Below, piece after piece: positions 48,684 to 60,624 of a stretch of DNA of 64,000 bases (its first letter is position 1; the number at the start of each line of letters is the position of its first letter). Origin of the DNA: Phoronis australis (taxonomy: Eukaryota; Animalia; Phoronida); NCBI GenBank assembly GCA_002633005.1, contig NMRA01000293.1, forward strand, positions 147,198 through 211,197, given 5' to 3'. The translations under genes were made by a program, and so were the position numbers. The notes beneath the pieces were generated by a model that saw nothing but the letters and a program-made list of their open reading frames with translations, did no database searches and had not been told where the DNA came from.

Positions 48684-49920
48684 ATAAGACAAATTACTTG
48701 AAGTAAAATTGATTTAGTAATGGTTTTCTTGCCCAGGACTCTCATTTTTAGACCCTACGTTAATCAGACTTACTACCTTTTTGATTTTTTTGAAATTTCA
48801 GTGTAAAGTTAGGCTAATTTGTAAACAAACTCGCGTTGAATTATATTCCTAATGTAGTAAATGGAGCCATCTTCACAAATTAATGAGACAAGCTGAGAAA
48901 ACGCGCAACATACGTCACGAGTACAACTCCGTCCACATGGTTCTTGCACAGATTGTACAACGCGGCGTCTGCCGCCTCCGATTTATTCTGGTTCGTCGAT
49001 TAGTCATAGAAATGACGTACGAGTAACTTAGCAACGAAGGTTGACGACCCAACAATTACAAGGACGCAAAAGGGTACCCAGTCGACAGAGGGCCTTAAAG
49101 GAGAATGCCACCCAAAAAACTATTTTGCGTCAATTTGGATCGAGTAGTTCCACTCGATAGCAGCAAGTTCAGTTCTTATACCTGACACCCGACGGCAGAC
49201 GGAGGTGTTGGAATTAACCAATGACGTCAGAGTTACGAACGCATTTGGTTCAGCAATTCACAACATGCTTACTGGTGTCAGCTTATCGCTCAAATTCAAC
49301 GTTTTACACCAATAAATCACCAAACTTCGATATAAAGCCCTACACATCGAGTTCTTGGACAAACGTGTTGTTTTATTTCGCTGTTATGGATTTATAGGTA
49401 TTTGAACGACACCGTAGCCTATAAAGTTCCGTGGCAAGCCAATTTACCAAGGTCGGTCGCTGGAGTTTGGGGTCTGTTCGGTGATAAATTCGAATTATTC
49501 TTCCGTGAAATACAGACAGGCCGGAGAACATAGCTGTGTATTGTGACTTTAGTCTTGCGATTTTTTCAGTTCTAAACACACAACACGCTTGTTATCCCGG
49601 CCAGTGGCTCCGAGGAACCCGATCAGACCCGTCGCGGCCGCCGGGACTGAAGACATTACGAATATAAACCAGCCAAAGTTGGAAACTAAACTTCCACGAA
49701 ATTTCAAATCTCAGTACTTACTTGTCGGGGGCCGCGAAGTCATGTTCCCCTTCCACAGAACTGTCGTGGCAAAAGTTGTACAGTAAACATGATTCGAATA
49801 ATGTATATGTATATCGAGAAAAAGATTCCCCTAACATCTGACCATACAGTACATGTAGCATTTAAAATCGAGTTATTGTTTCACAACACAACTTTCTGTG
49901 AGCAAACACGTACTGAATTA

Positions 49921-50577
49921 TTTTTTTAGAATTTTATTCAATATAATAGGTGCAGTACAGATCACACAATTACAGATGCTTTTTGTTCTAGTCAAGGAAC
50001 AGTTAAGGGGTTAACTTACAGTGCTAATACATGTATATACAAAGGTAATTTGACAATGGAGGAAAGATAAACACAGTAGAGGCTAGGATTCATTAGACTT
50101 CGCAAACAAGGTCAAGACCTTGCCAGCGTTCTATAAGTTCACAGTACTTCATTTTGTTCATATATTAAACCGTTCAGTAGACATGTAGAAAGCAACTTCC
50201 TTTTTAAACATTGCAAGGCACGGATGTTTTCACTTCAATCTTTGTTTATAAATGTGGTATTTTCCGAGGGAAAGAATCATACTTTGTAAAACTGCCTCCA
50301 CCTGAACAACAAACAGAACTGATTTTACAGAGAGTTCTAAACTAATTCCAACAGCATCTTCGAGCCAGTTATATACATTATTCCAAAACTTCTGAGTTAC
50401 GTTACAAGACCAGTACACATGGACAATAGATTCAATTTCGCTTAAGCAAAAAGTGCACAATGGGCTATCAGTTACGCCAATCTTGTATAAAAATTCATTA
50501 CAGCCTATGATTCTGTGAATCAGCCTAAACTGGAACCATCTCAGAGAAGCATCTTCTGTGAATGAATAGATGTAAGA
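49921..50577 (-). mobile_element. 3' end of an L1/Tx1-clade LINE (ORF2 C-terminal zinc-finger region, 3' UTR and A-tail), cut by the N
   Basis: The minus strand translates as LRWFQFRLIHRIIGCNEFLYKIGVTDSPLCTFCLSEIESIVHVYWSC...FW...KYHIYK, typical of the zf-RVT region. AATAAA followed by an A-run lies at about 49921-49939. Confidence 0.85.
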
Positions 50578-51790
50578 NAGTCTGATGTAGTCTCGGAAGT
50601 ACTTGTCCCAATTTTAGATAGCAGTAAGCACGTGCTCAGGATTTAACGTTTGCTGAACTTTGGGGTTTCTTCCCAAACATATCACCCTTGTTGCTACTTT
50701 CTTCGACTGAGCCCCGAGGACCCTCAATCCATTATGACTATTAAAACGTGATCCAGGCGTATCAAGCACAGAATTTTCTGACAAAGTGCTTAGGTGAAAT
50801 TTGGGTGCAAAAGGGCCTTAGCAAATTTATCGCTAAAAATGAGCCTATAAATTTATTGGCATTTTCCTGTGGAGTCGATGAGCGGGATTCCATCCTCCAG
50901 TGAATTGGTGAAAATAGTTTGACTTTCCAGTGGTTCGAGTTGCCCTTGCTGCATCGAAAAATCTGACGCTGATGTATGACGTAGACCTAATCTGAAAAGT
51001 GTACGTAACATCCGTGGGAACATAATTGGCCGAACCAGGCCTCGCATATCTAAGTTCAACTGATCGAGAGAGCTGCACCTAGAGGGCAATACGTCATTTT
51101 CAGTTGTTTTCTCATTAAGGTTATAACTGTCGGAGACACATCCTTTCTGTTACGGTTTTGCGCGTCAGTTTGCATCCAAGCTTTATGTTACTTGTACTAA
51201 AGTCCCTGTCATACAAAACACGTTCTGAGCATGCCCGAGATCATCTTTTTCTTCTTGTTCTTCGTTGCATTATATCTCAGTCTCCATGTACAATACTGGA
51301 AACCAGGGCTCATTCATTGAGTAGGGCACTCAGGATAAATGAATTCTCATGATAAAATAATGATGGTGGTGGTGGTGGTGGTGGTGGTCGTGGTGGTGGT
51401 GATGATGATAAGACAAATTACTTGAAGTAAAATTGATTTAGTAATGGTTTTCTTGCCCAGGACTCTCATTTTTAGACCCTACGTTAATCAGACTTACTAC
51501 CTTTTTGATTTTTTTTTTGAAATTTCAGTGTAAAGTTAGGCTAATTTGTAAACAAACTCGCGTTAAATTTTATTCCTAATATAGTAAATGGAGCCATCTT
51601 CACAAATTGATGAGACAAGCTGAGAAAACGCGCAACATACGTCTCGAGTACAACTCCGTCCACATGGTTCTTGCCGCCTCCGATTTATTCTGGTTCGTCG
51701 ATTAGTCATAGAAATGATGTCGAGTAACTTAGCAACGAAGGTTGACGACCCCAAGGACGCAAAAGTGTACCCAGTCGACAGAGGCTTTAA

Positions 51791-53093
51791 AGGAGAATGC
51801 CACCCAAAAAGAACTATTTTGTGTCAATTTAGATCGAATTGTTCCACTCGATAAAAGCAAGTTCATTTCTTATACCTGACACCTGACGGCAGACGGAGGT
51901 GTTGGAATTAACCAATGACGTCAGAGTTACGAACGCAGTCGGTTCAGCAGTTCACAACAGGCTTATCTTCAAACTTCGATATAAAACCCTACACATCTAG
52001 TTCTTGAACAAACGTGTTGTTTTATTTCGCTGTTATGGATTTATAGGTATTTGAACGCCACCGTAGCCTACAAAGTTCCGCGGCAAGCCAATTTACCAAG
52101 GTCGGTCGCGGGAGTTTGGGGTTTGTTCGGTGATAAATTCGAATTATTCTTCCGTGAAATACAGACAGGCCGGAGAACATAGCTGTGTATTGTGATTTTA
52201 GACTTATGATTTTTTTCAGTTCTAAACACACGACACGCTTGTTATCCCGGCCAATGGCTCCGCGGAACCCGATCAGGCCCGTCGCGGCCGCCGGGACTGA
52301 AGACATTATAATATAAACCAGCCAAACTTGGAAACTAAACTTCCATGAAATTGCAAATCTCAGTACTTACTCGTCGGGGGCCGCGAAGTCATGTTCCTCT
52401 TCCACAGAACTGTCGTGGCAAAAGTTGTACAGTAACCATGATTCGAATAATGTATATGTATAACTCTACTCCTCAGTGCCCGGGTAACGCCGTGATTTAT
52501 TCATTTTTGGCTTCTCAAAATATTTTGCACTCACGAGCACTTCAAATGCATTACAAATTGTATCTAACGAGACAGACTTTGACACTTTGTTTCTGTTCTA
52601 TATAAGTATTGGTTAGAGTGAAACAGAACGCACAATAATAAATGTCAACATAGGAACTTGGAATCCCGACTTAGACGAGTCCTCATCAGTCTGCCCTGGC
52701 ATGAGCTGTTTCATAGCCGGCATTCGTCATTGAAATCACCGCCGGCCACAGACCGTCACGGAGATGTTTCACGGCCGCATTGGTATTAACGGCGTACTTT
52801 TTTCTTCACTGTCGCGAGCCACTTCCGAAGCATTTTGGGCTCTCGAGGAAATCGAAAAACGATATACCCGCTTTCTTCGCAGCTTCATAGTTCGCACAAG
52901 CGTGCGATACACCACACCATAGCGGCAATCACTTTGTAGAAGAACCACTGGCGTCGCTGCGTCGTTTACTCACCTTCCTCACAGGTTAACGCGACACCTC
53001 TCGGCGAGGTAAGACCGACCGTATACAAGGTGATGTAGATATAGACCGATTAAGACGGTAAAAAAGACTAATTAAATCGGGTGGCATTCTCCG
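51791..53093. mobile_element. TTAA-flanked non-autonomous DNA transposon (Kolobok-like), 1.3 kb; interrupted allelic copy starts at 49099
   Basis: TTAA at 51787-51790 and 53094-53097. The 15-bp TIR aggagaatgccaccc / gggtggcattctccg has 1 mismatch. Confidence 0.8.
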
Positions 53094-55728
53094 TTAACGC
53101 TAACAGGTAACGCGACACGTAAAAACAAGTTACGTGATACTTTACCGTTCGCTATAGTATTCCAGAACACTGAGCTGTGAGCCCGAGGATGATTTGACCA
53201 CTTTTTGTTCAGAGAATTATGTCACAAATATCCCTGATAAAGACAAAACCATATTTTTTTTTAGATTTTTGTCAATGATGCTGAATTACAACTTGTGCAA
53301 GAGCTTGTCTATATTAGAAACAATCATAGCTAAATTAGTGTTCAGTTTATACATGCACATTTTGTTGAGTACGGTCGCGGTAATTTAGTGGCCAGGTGTA
53401 CATATAGGCGTTTAATCGCGGTGCTATAACATTTAACTTACTAAAAAGATTGGTTGTCATGCTATATGGTTAACAATTCTGCCGGTATTCTAACCTTGAC
53501 AACATTTTGCTTATGTGGTAAAAATTTATTTCCCCGGCGCCCTACACACTCCGCGCAAAGTTAAGAAAAAAAAACATATCACGGCCAAGGTCTCTGCAGA
53601 AAGTGTGCAACTTATAAGTTAAATATGGGATTTGCGTCTTTAACGAATCGCTATCAGCTGAACCACAATAACGCTTAGACACTCTCTCATTCACAAACAA
53701 AGACCCCCATGTTTAGGGTTATCTTCACAAGTCAGGTCAAATCAGTACGAGTGGCGCCACCTTTTAGCGGCAAAGCTCTTGGTCGAGTGGGTCTGTGTTC
53801 TCCCAGGACACAGATTGGCCACCTCATAGCAATAATTCTGTTTTACTCTTAATTCCATGTTGATGTACGCTGAATAACTACAACACATTTATAACCTCAC
53901 TGAGTATCAACTCACGTGACTTTCCAAATGAGGAAGTAAATACAGCCAGGAACGTGACCGTGACTACCTCACCGGGGAACGGACGGAAGTGAAGTCCCAC
54001 TTGTTTTCCCGTTTTCGAGAACTACTTTGGGGTGGCAGGTCAATTATGAAGTGAAGACTGGCGAGTTGCATAATGAAACTATTCATTGAAATGAGCCTAT
54101 AACCTAGGACCACTATGATCATCATGTGCTATTACTCCCAGCTATAACAAAAGCCAGCACACTGTGCCCGATGATGAGAGTGTCACTGGCCGACAATGCC
54201 CGCCAAATTCTTTTATCTTTCGTGCCAGAACACGAATGCCCAATGACAAAAAGTTCAAGTGTGAAAAACTTGCTGCTACGGCATGCGACAGTTGGGAGTC
54301 CCCTTGATCTCCACTCCGCCAGGATTAAATGGGCGTTCAAGTCGTTATATTTGCTCAGGTACATCTTACGTAACCACAGACAATGTGATCGACAACCTTT
54401 CTAAACACCCTTAAGAAACTCCCATGCAATGTCTCTTCAATCTGTGCTCACTAATGTAAACATGAATGAATAGCCCGGGCGCGTATGTGGTTTGGCCGCT
54501 GGTGAGCCTGGTCGATACTAATATAGAAGGTCGATTGACTATTCAATATTGACTGCTCGAGATTAAACCAGCACGCACGTACATTCGTATATCGATAATC
54601 TGTGGGAAGAATGGTCAATACAAGGTAAGTTTACTGTGTTGATGTGATCATTACGGAAATAGGAGGTTAATGTGATGACAAAGAAAGAAAAGGCTACGGT
54701 GGTTTGGGCCTCCCAGGTCTGTGACAGTCGCTTTTCGTATTACATACATTAAATTTGTATTACTTTGTGTCCAATGGTAATAACGATCGCTGAACGTGTT
54801 CAGGTATGTTCAGGTACAAGTTTGAAGATTTGTGTTCAGTGGCCTTCTGGATGCACAACCATTAGCGGATCGGGGTATTGCCGAATTCCCGTGCTCTCGT
54901 GATCGGGCGCTAGAGTTCAGTTACAGGACGTGGCCCTCACCGGCGTAGCAAAAAGTATTCAACAGAGCTCGCAAACGAAGCTTGCTGGCGAACGGTGTGA
55001 GGCAGTGAAATGAGTGGGGGCCATGCGGAGTCAACGAACGTGTAGAGCACTTGTTAACTGAAATGAATGGTATGGGTGTGTTTTTGCAATGAACAAGATC
55101 CTTTGTCTCCTCGTGCTCTTAGAGTACAGCAATACTAGTATATTGTTATCGCCCACTGCATAAGTGGATGTGCTCAAGGCGATTTTAGACATCGTTCTCT
55201 TCAAACTACGGTTATTTAAAAAAATGGACTCTTATTTTTGTTATACCAAAGCACGACCTTGTACCTCAAGCCCAGGGGTGTGTTTTTCAAGAAAATTTTC
55301 TGTCTTTTGGATTTGGCTTTTAGTTTGCTCCGGAGCAGGCTACAGATTTCTGTCGTTTTGCTTCCGAGTTGTAGATAGATGCTCCGACTGTTGGCGTTTG
55401 CCTGATTTCCGATTGTGGAAAAGATTGAGCTATCCGTGGGCAAATGTTTAGTCAAAAGACAATAGACTGACTCCGAGAAACAGCCCACAGGGGTTGAAAT
55501 GTATTGAGTGATCGACTGTTTGAACGATCAGAGAGCTTCCCTCGGAGATCCCCGTGTCTGACTGAACAAAACGCGTGTGGTATCTGCGTCGCACAGATTT
55601 TTGCTCAGCGTATTCGCATTCTGCATTGGCATACGTTAATTCTGATGATATCCGCCCGTTGACAATTTATTAAATCTATTTCTCCTCTTTATAAAGTAGT
55701 AAAACGGAGCAGGGAAAAGGTGTTTAAA

Positions 55729-57919
55729 CATAGGCGAATCCAGGGTGTCCGGGTCCCCCCTTTTCTCTTTTCGAAATCGTGCTGTAACAATGATTAGAAA
55801 GACAAAGAGTGACTAAATGTTATGGAAAGTCATCCGACAAGTTGCTCCTAAAGAACAATCGTCATCACCTTCCATGCTGAAGATTGATGAGAACTGTGTT
55901 CATGACTTAATTCAGACTGCCAATAATTTTAACAAATTTTTTACTGACTTGTGATCTTAAAGATACAAACTCCACTCATAGTGATCTGATTGACTTCGTT
56001 GGTTCCAAAGTAGAAAATGTCATAGGTCATGATATTCCTCTGGTCACCATGGAGTTTGTAAACAAGTTTTTGAATGGTCTAAATTTGAATAAAGCCACTG
56101 GTACGGATGGTGTCAGCTCCAAATTATTGAAACTAGCTCATGAGGAACTGACACCATCCATTACCTATCTTTTAAATCATAGTATTAAAACTTCAAAGTT
56201 TCCTAGCTTGTGGAAACTTGCAAAAGTATCCCATTTACACAAAGGCGGTGCTACTGACAATGTAAAAAAATTAAGACCAATTTGAATTGGAGAAGCATGT
56301 TCACAATAGGCCTACCCTTTATTCATTTTTGACTGAGCATGACTTATTAGTTGCCTCTCAATCCGGTTTCAGAAGTGACCACTCCTGTGGAACTGTCCTC
56401 ATTAATATTGTTAACGGCTGGGCTCAGGGTGTAGATAGTGGTCACAACGTTGGTGTAGTATTTTTGGATTTTAAAAAAGCTTTGATCTTGTTGATCACAA
56501 TATACTTTTAAGCAAACTGTTAATTTACAAGGTAGGCAAGGTTTCGCGAGACTGATTTCAATCATATCTCTCGGAGAGGTGCCAGGTTGTATCCTTTGGT
56601 GGACATCTGTCTGAGTCCTTAGGTATCACATACGGTGTCCCCCAGGGATCCATACTGGGACCTCTGCTGTTTTTACTTTTTATAAATGATCTCTCTTTAG
56701 TTTGCGAAAACACGGTTGACATGTATGCAGATGATACTACTTTGTCGGTTGTGGCAAACTCGCTGATCGCTGTAAGGAACAGGCTCCAGTCTGATTTGGA
56801 TAAAGTTGCTACCTGGTGTGTTGATAATAAAATGGTAATTAATGCTGAAAAAACAAAATGTACGAGTATTGCCTCAGAGCAACGTTATAGTAAAAGTGAC
56901 CTTGAACTTAATCTTGCTATTTCGGATGTACGGCTCAATTAGGTTGACAGTGAAAAGTTATTTACTGAAGACAAGGCCCTCATCTGGTCTAGCCATATAT
57001 TAGTGGACTGTGTCCTAAATATTAGACAGCGTCTTGATCTTCTCCGGCGTATATCACCTTTTCTTCCCACAGAAGCGCGTCTGCAATATTTCAGCGCTTG
57101 TACGGGTATATTCCCTCTGTTCGTTTATTGTAGTAAGGTGTGGTCAGAATGCAATGCAAAATTGGTTTCCTCTTTATTGAAGGCTCAGAAGCAGGCGGCC
57201 AGACTTGTTCTGGGTGTACCTTTTGACACTCCGTCAACTCATATGTTTAGCAGATTGGGGTGGCTCCCTATTGAAAAATATTTTATATATACATGTAGGC
57301 GTTTGTGTATGATGCATTTAGTGTTTTCACAATAATGTACCAACTTATTTTTACCTTGTACTTGTTCGAAATAGCCACCAAATCAGGACAAGATTTTCTG
57401 CCTCAAACAATTTGGTTTTGCCTAAACACAAAACTTCGTTTTATTCTAAGTCCTTCTTTATTCATGCTATTCAACAGTGGAACAACTTGCCAAATAGTCT
57501 GAAGGAGGCTGACTGTTATGATGATTTCAGACTCAAACTCATTAGTTACCTGTGGTCGTCATAGCTGTCCCTCCTTTTTGTCGCTCCAATGTATATAAAT
57601 ATAAAAGTTTTTACTTATTTATTTATTTATTTATTTATTTATTATTCAGTCTGTAAATCCAATGTGTAAATACTGTTTAATTAATGTAACTTAATTTATT
57701 TTATTTATTTATCTATTTATCCATCTTAATTTATTTAATTTAATTTTTGTTACAGAGGACCATACTGTATATTAGCCTTTGGCTAAAGCATATTTTATAT
57801 CTTTTGTATTTTATCCTCTTATAAATAAAGTTTATTATTATTATTATTATTTTAGTGAAATCAAATTTATAATTGTTGACTTGGACCCCTTTTTTAAAAA
57901 AATCCTGGATCCGCCCCTG
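55729..57919. mobile_element. GC-rich-terminus MITE split by a LINE insertion
   Basis: Left end cataggcgaatccaggg (55729) and right end cctggatccgcccctg (57919), with flanks ttaaa and ttaat. The two halves rejoin to match the 43025-43183 element. Confidence 0.7.
55771..57851 (+). mobile_element. 5'-truncated, decayed CR1/L2-group LINE with (ATT)n tail
   Basis: ORF2 pieces KATGTDG, WKLAKV, QSGFRSDHSC, FLDFKK, GVPQGSILGPLLF, MYADDT, QKQAARL and LGWLPI, with stops and frameshifts. It ends in aataaagtttattattattattattatt. Confidence 0.92.
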
Positions 57920-60517
57920 TTAATGTCACCATAAACTTCGTAAAAAGTCGATTAATTTGAAATCGGTCTGAGAAACATTATTATATTTAATTTAGGTAAA
58001 GAAACCCGCATTATTTGTTGTTCCATGACAGCCTCTAATATGGCACAATAAAATAAAATCTAATGTAAAATGTGTAAGGTTCATTAAAATATTAAATAAG
58101 GATTCTAATTCACGCTTTCGTTTAACTTGTCCTAAGGAACATGAAGGACAATTGAAATAGCGCTAGCAGCGATAATAGTGCTTTGTAGAAGCCCGTGCAT
58201 TAAGTGAATTTTGAACTGGCAATACCCATTTTTAAAGGCTCAAAACGAGACGGAATGCAGGTATTCCGAATAGCTGGGAATCCGACAGGTTCTTCACCGA
58301 TTAGCCCAATACCCACCCTAGACAGTATTCACCAAATTTGGCGACACGCTCGACATCCGTTCTCGCGTGTAAACTTGCCTCTGATTCCACTTGACGCCGT
58401 TCCCAAGCCTGAACTTGGCCGCATGAAAAATGTTCGTTCTGTGGCCAACGGTGACGCCAAAAATTCCCGCGGTCTTCACCGTCCCTGCCCAAGTCGACAC
58501 TTGGCCACATTCTTCTATCAAGCAGAAAAAAAAATCTCGTATCCTCACTGACAATCGCAACGTTTCGTCTATTCATAAGACATCATCAGGATCATATATA
58601 CAGTAAGACAGTAAGTGTCGAATACCAGTCAAGTCGCATCCAAGTAATAAAATGAGAGTATCAAGAGATACGAAACGTTGAATGAACATGAACTTTTTTT
58701 ATTGTATGGCCAAAAAATGATGTAATTGTGTGCATTGTCTGTGAATTGAGTTGGTAACGGAAATGGAACCCTTTCAAGGTAAGAACCAGTACATAACCGA
58801 GAGTAAAATGTCTAATTTACTTGGATTAAGTTTCTTCTGAATGTACAGTGATTTCCCTAGAGTGTTATGCGCCCTGTAATTTGAAATACCTTAATGCTTA
58901 TAGACAAACAAATGTCACAGTTGTCTATACAGTCAGTCGTGTCGTGCCTCTCGTGCATCTCGGTAGGAAAAGAGCAACTATCATTTATTGTTGAAGGGTT
59001 TAGCAGTGGTGCTTACTTGCTGAAAATGTTAAGCTACGCCACTGCTGCAGCGTGAAAGTCATGAAGAGTTACGAAATTACTGTATGCCAAAGATGGTTGA
59101 GCGTATGTTTTTCTTAGTTTAAACTGTTTTCGCATTAGAGTTAATCCGGATTAGGTTGTAGTCGGAACGTATTTAGATTAGCGCGATTACCTACCGCCCT
59201 CCTTTCCCACTTGACCGGACTAACATTCATTGTCCTAACTGTAAACCTTCACCGTACTGAGCACGAGATGTCGCTAGTAAGTAATTAAGTGAGTGAATCT
59301 TTTATTGTACATCGGTGTGGGGCAAAAGGACAACAAAATAAACATTAGCACAAACGCCATTGCGATCCTTTCCATTGAGAATACCTTGAATCATTGACCC
59401 ACTCTAGAGTACTGATGAAAACCTCGTCTAACAAGAATAGAAGTGGTAATCAGTAACGACTTCTGTCCTTGTTAGACGTGTTGTTTTGAGATTTGTTTAC
59501 TTAAAAGTTGTATAGCGAGCCCTTAGCAGCTGATGATACAATGTCGAGTGTGCGCGAAATGGCGGGGAGAAATTCGCTCGCGTGAAGTGGCGAGGCAATT
59601 TTGAAGGGCGGTCGAGAAAAATACTAATCCGTACCAAAGCTTTCGCATTCCGCTTTTTACGTAATCAGAATAACTTTTGTCCGCTCTCTTGTCCTGTTTG
59701 TTTATCCTTGTACCTCAGTGGGATAATTACATGTAGCTCATTGCTGTTATACCTAAGATCAGATTTGCGAAAATTTTCACGTATCATTATCTTCCGTGTT
59801 TTCTGTTATGACTTCACATTTCTGTCTTTGTTTTGTTGAATGAGTGTTAAGCAATTAAGTACCCATGGGCGGAGCTACAGCTCTGGGCTGCTCATGTGGA
59901 AATTATGCCAGATATTAGACCCTACAAGCACAGCTGCGTGCCCGTTTGCCAGGTACGTGGTACAACGGGTGCGAAGTGAAGCACAGTTTCAAAAGCATAG
60001 TTGCGTATTGCTTGGCCTTGCTTTTGGTGTTCGATATTACCAGATAACGCCATGCTCGTTTCCTTTTGAACAAGCAGCATGTGGAGATAATTTGACCGGC
60101 CTAGTGTCGGCTTACGAAGTAAATAGGGATAATTGTGGATTATTTAGGAAGCCACGACGTTTAAAACTTTGCTTGCGCGCGTTTGTGCGGCTTTTGAAGA
60201 AAGAAGTTTGAGACCTAGCCTGAAATTGATACGAGCGGGCGCTTTTTGTGCGTCAACACATAAATAATACCGTCATCTCTTTCTGGTCGTCCGTCCACTG
60301 CTATCTGATGATGATTGATAAGCGGTGTCGCGTTCGATATCTTTTGTTTTTTGCCAAATTTTGTCGTTTCGTCCCGTTCATAGACTTTTTCGTCAAGTTG
60401 TAAAGACGGCCGGCGTTGTCGTTCTGATAACGAGTTTTGTATGACGTGACTTTAAACAAAATCAGAGATGTTTGCTACCAATAAGAAGTCTGTACTATAT
60501 TTTTTCAGCTGACAACC

Positions 60518-60624
60518 ATGGGCGATATTGAACTGAACCCAGTCTACGAGCCGCTGCCGCTCAGACGTGAGCCTCCCGAAGGGATGGCGGAGGAATTCGA
60601 TTACGGCAACACAGACAAACACAG
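60518..60624 (+). CDS. Probable first coding exon of an unidentified gene continuing beyond the window
   Basis: Acceptor tattttttcag|60509, Kozak-like caaccATGG, GC-rich open frame MGDIELNPVYEPLPLRREPPEGMAEEFDYGNTDKH and donor cag|gtatgt at 60624. No family was recognised. Confidence 0.55.

Larger units (their letters stand above)
47855..52462. other. Direct duplication across a single N (47855-49813 versus 50579-52462); probable two-haplotype assembly artefact
   Basis: The sequence after N50578 restarts at the 47855 sequence (agtctgatgtagtctcgg). The first roughly 0.9 kb looks identical; the remainder shows SNPs and indels. The copies diverge completely after atgtatatgtata. Confidence 0.85.

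Noticed and set aside
48121-51352. Identical ORF pairs (48121/50845, 48129/50853, 48434/51158) as duplicated genes
   Set aside because: They are products of the duplication across N50578 and show no coding features.
58204-58576. Overlapping 80-115 aa ORFs in a GC-richer patch
   Set aside because: No domain similarity; more consistent with promoter or 5' UTR sequence.
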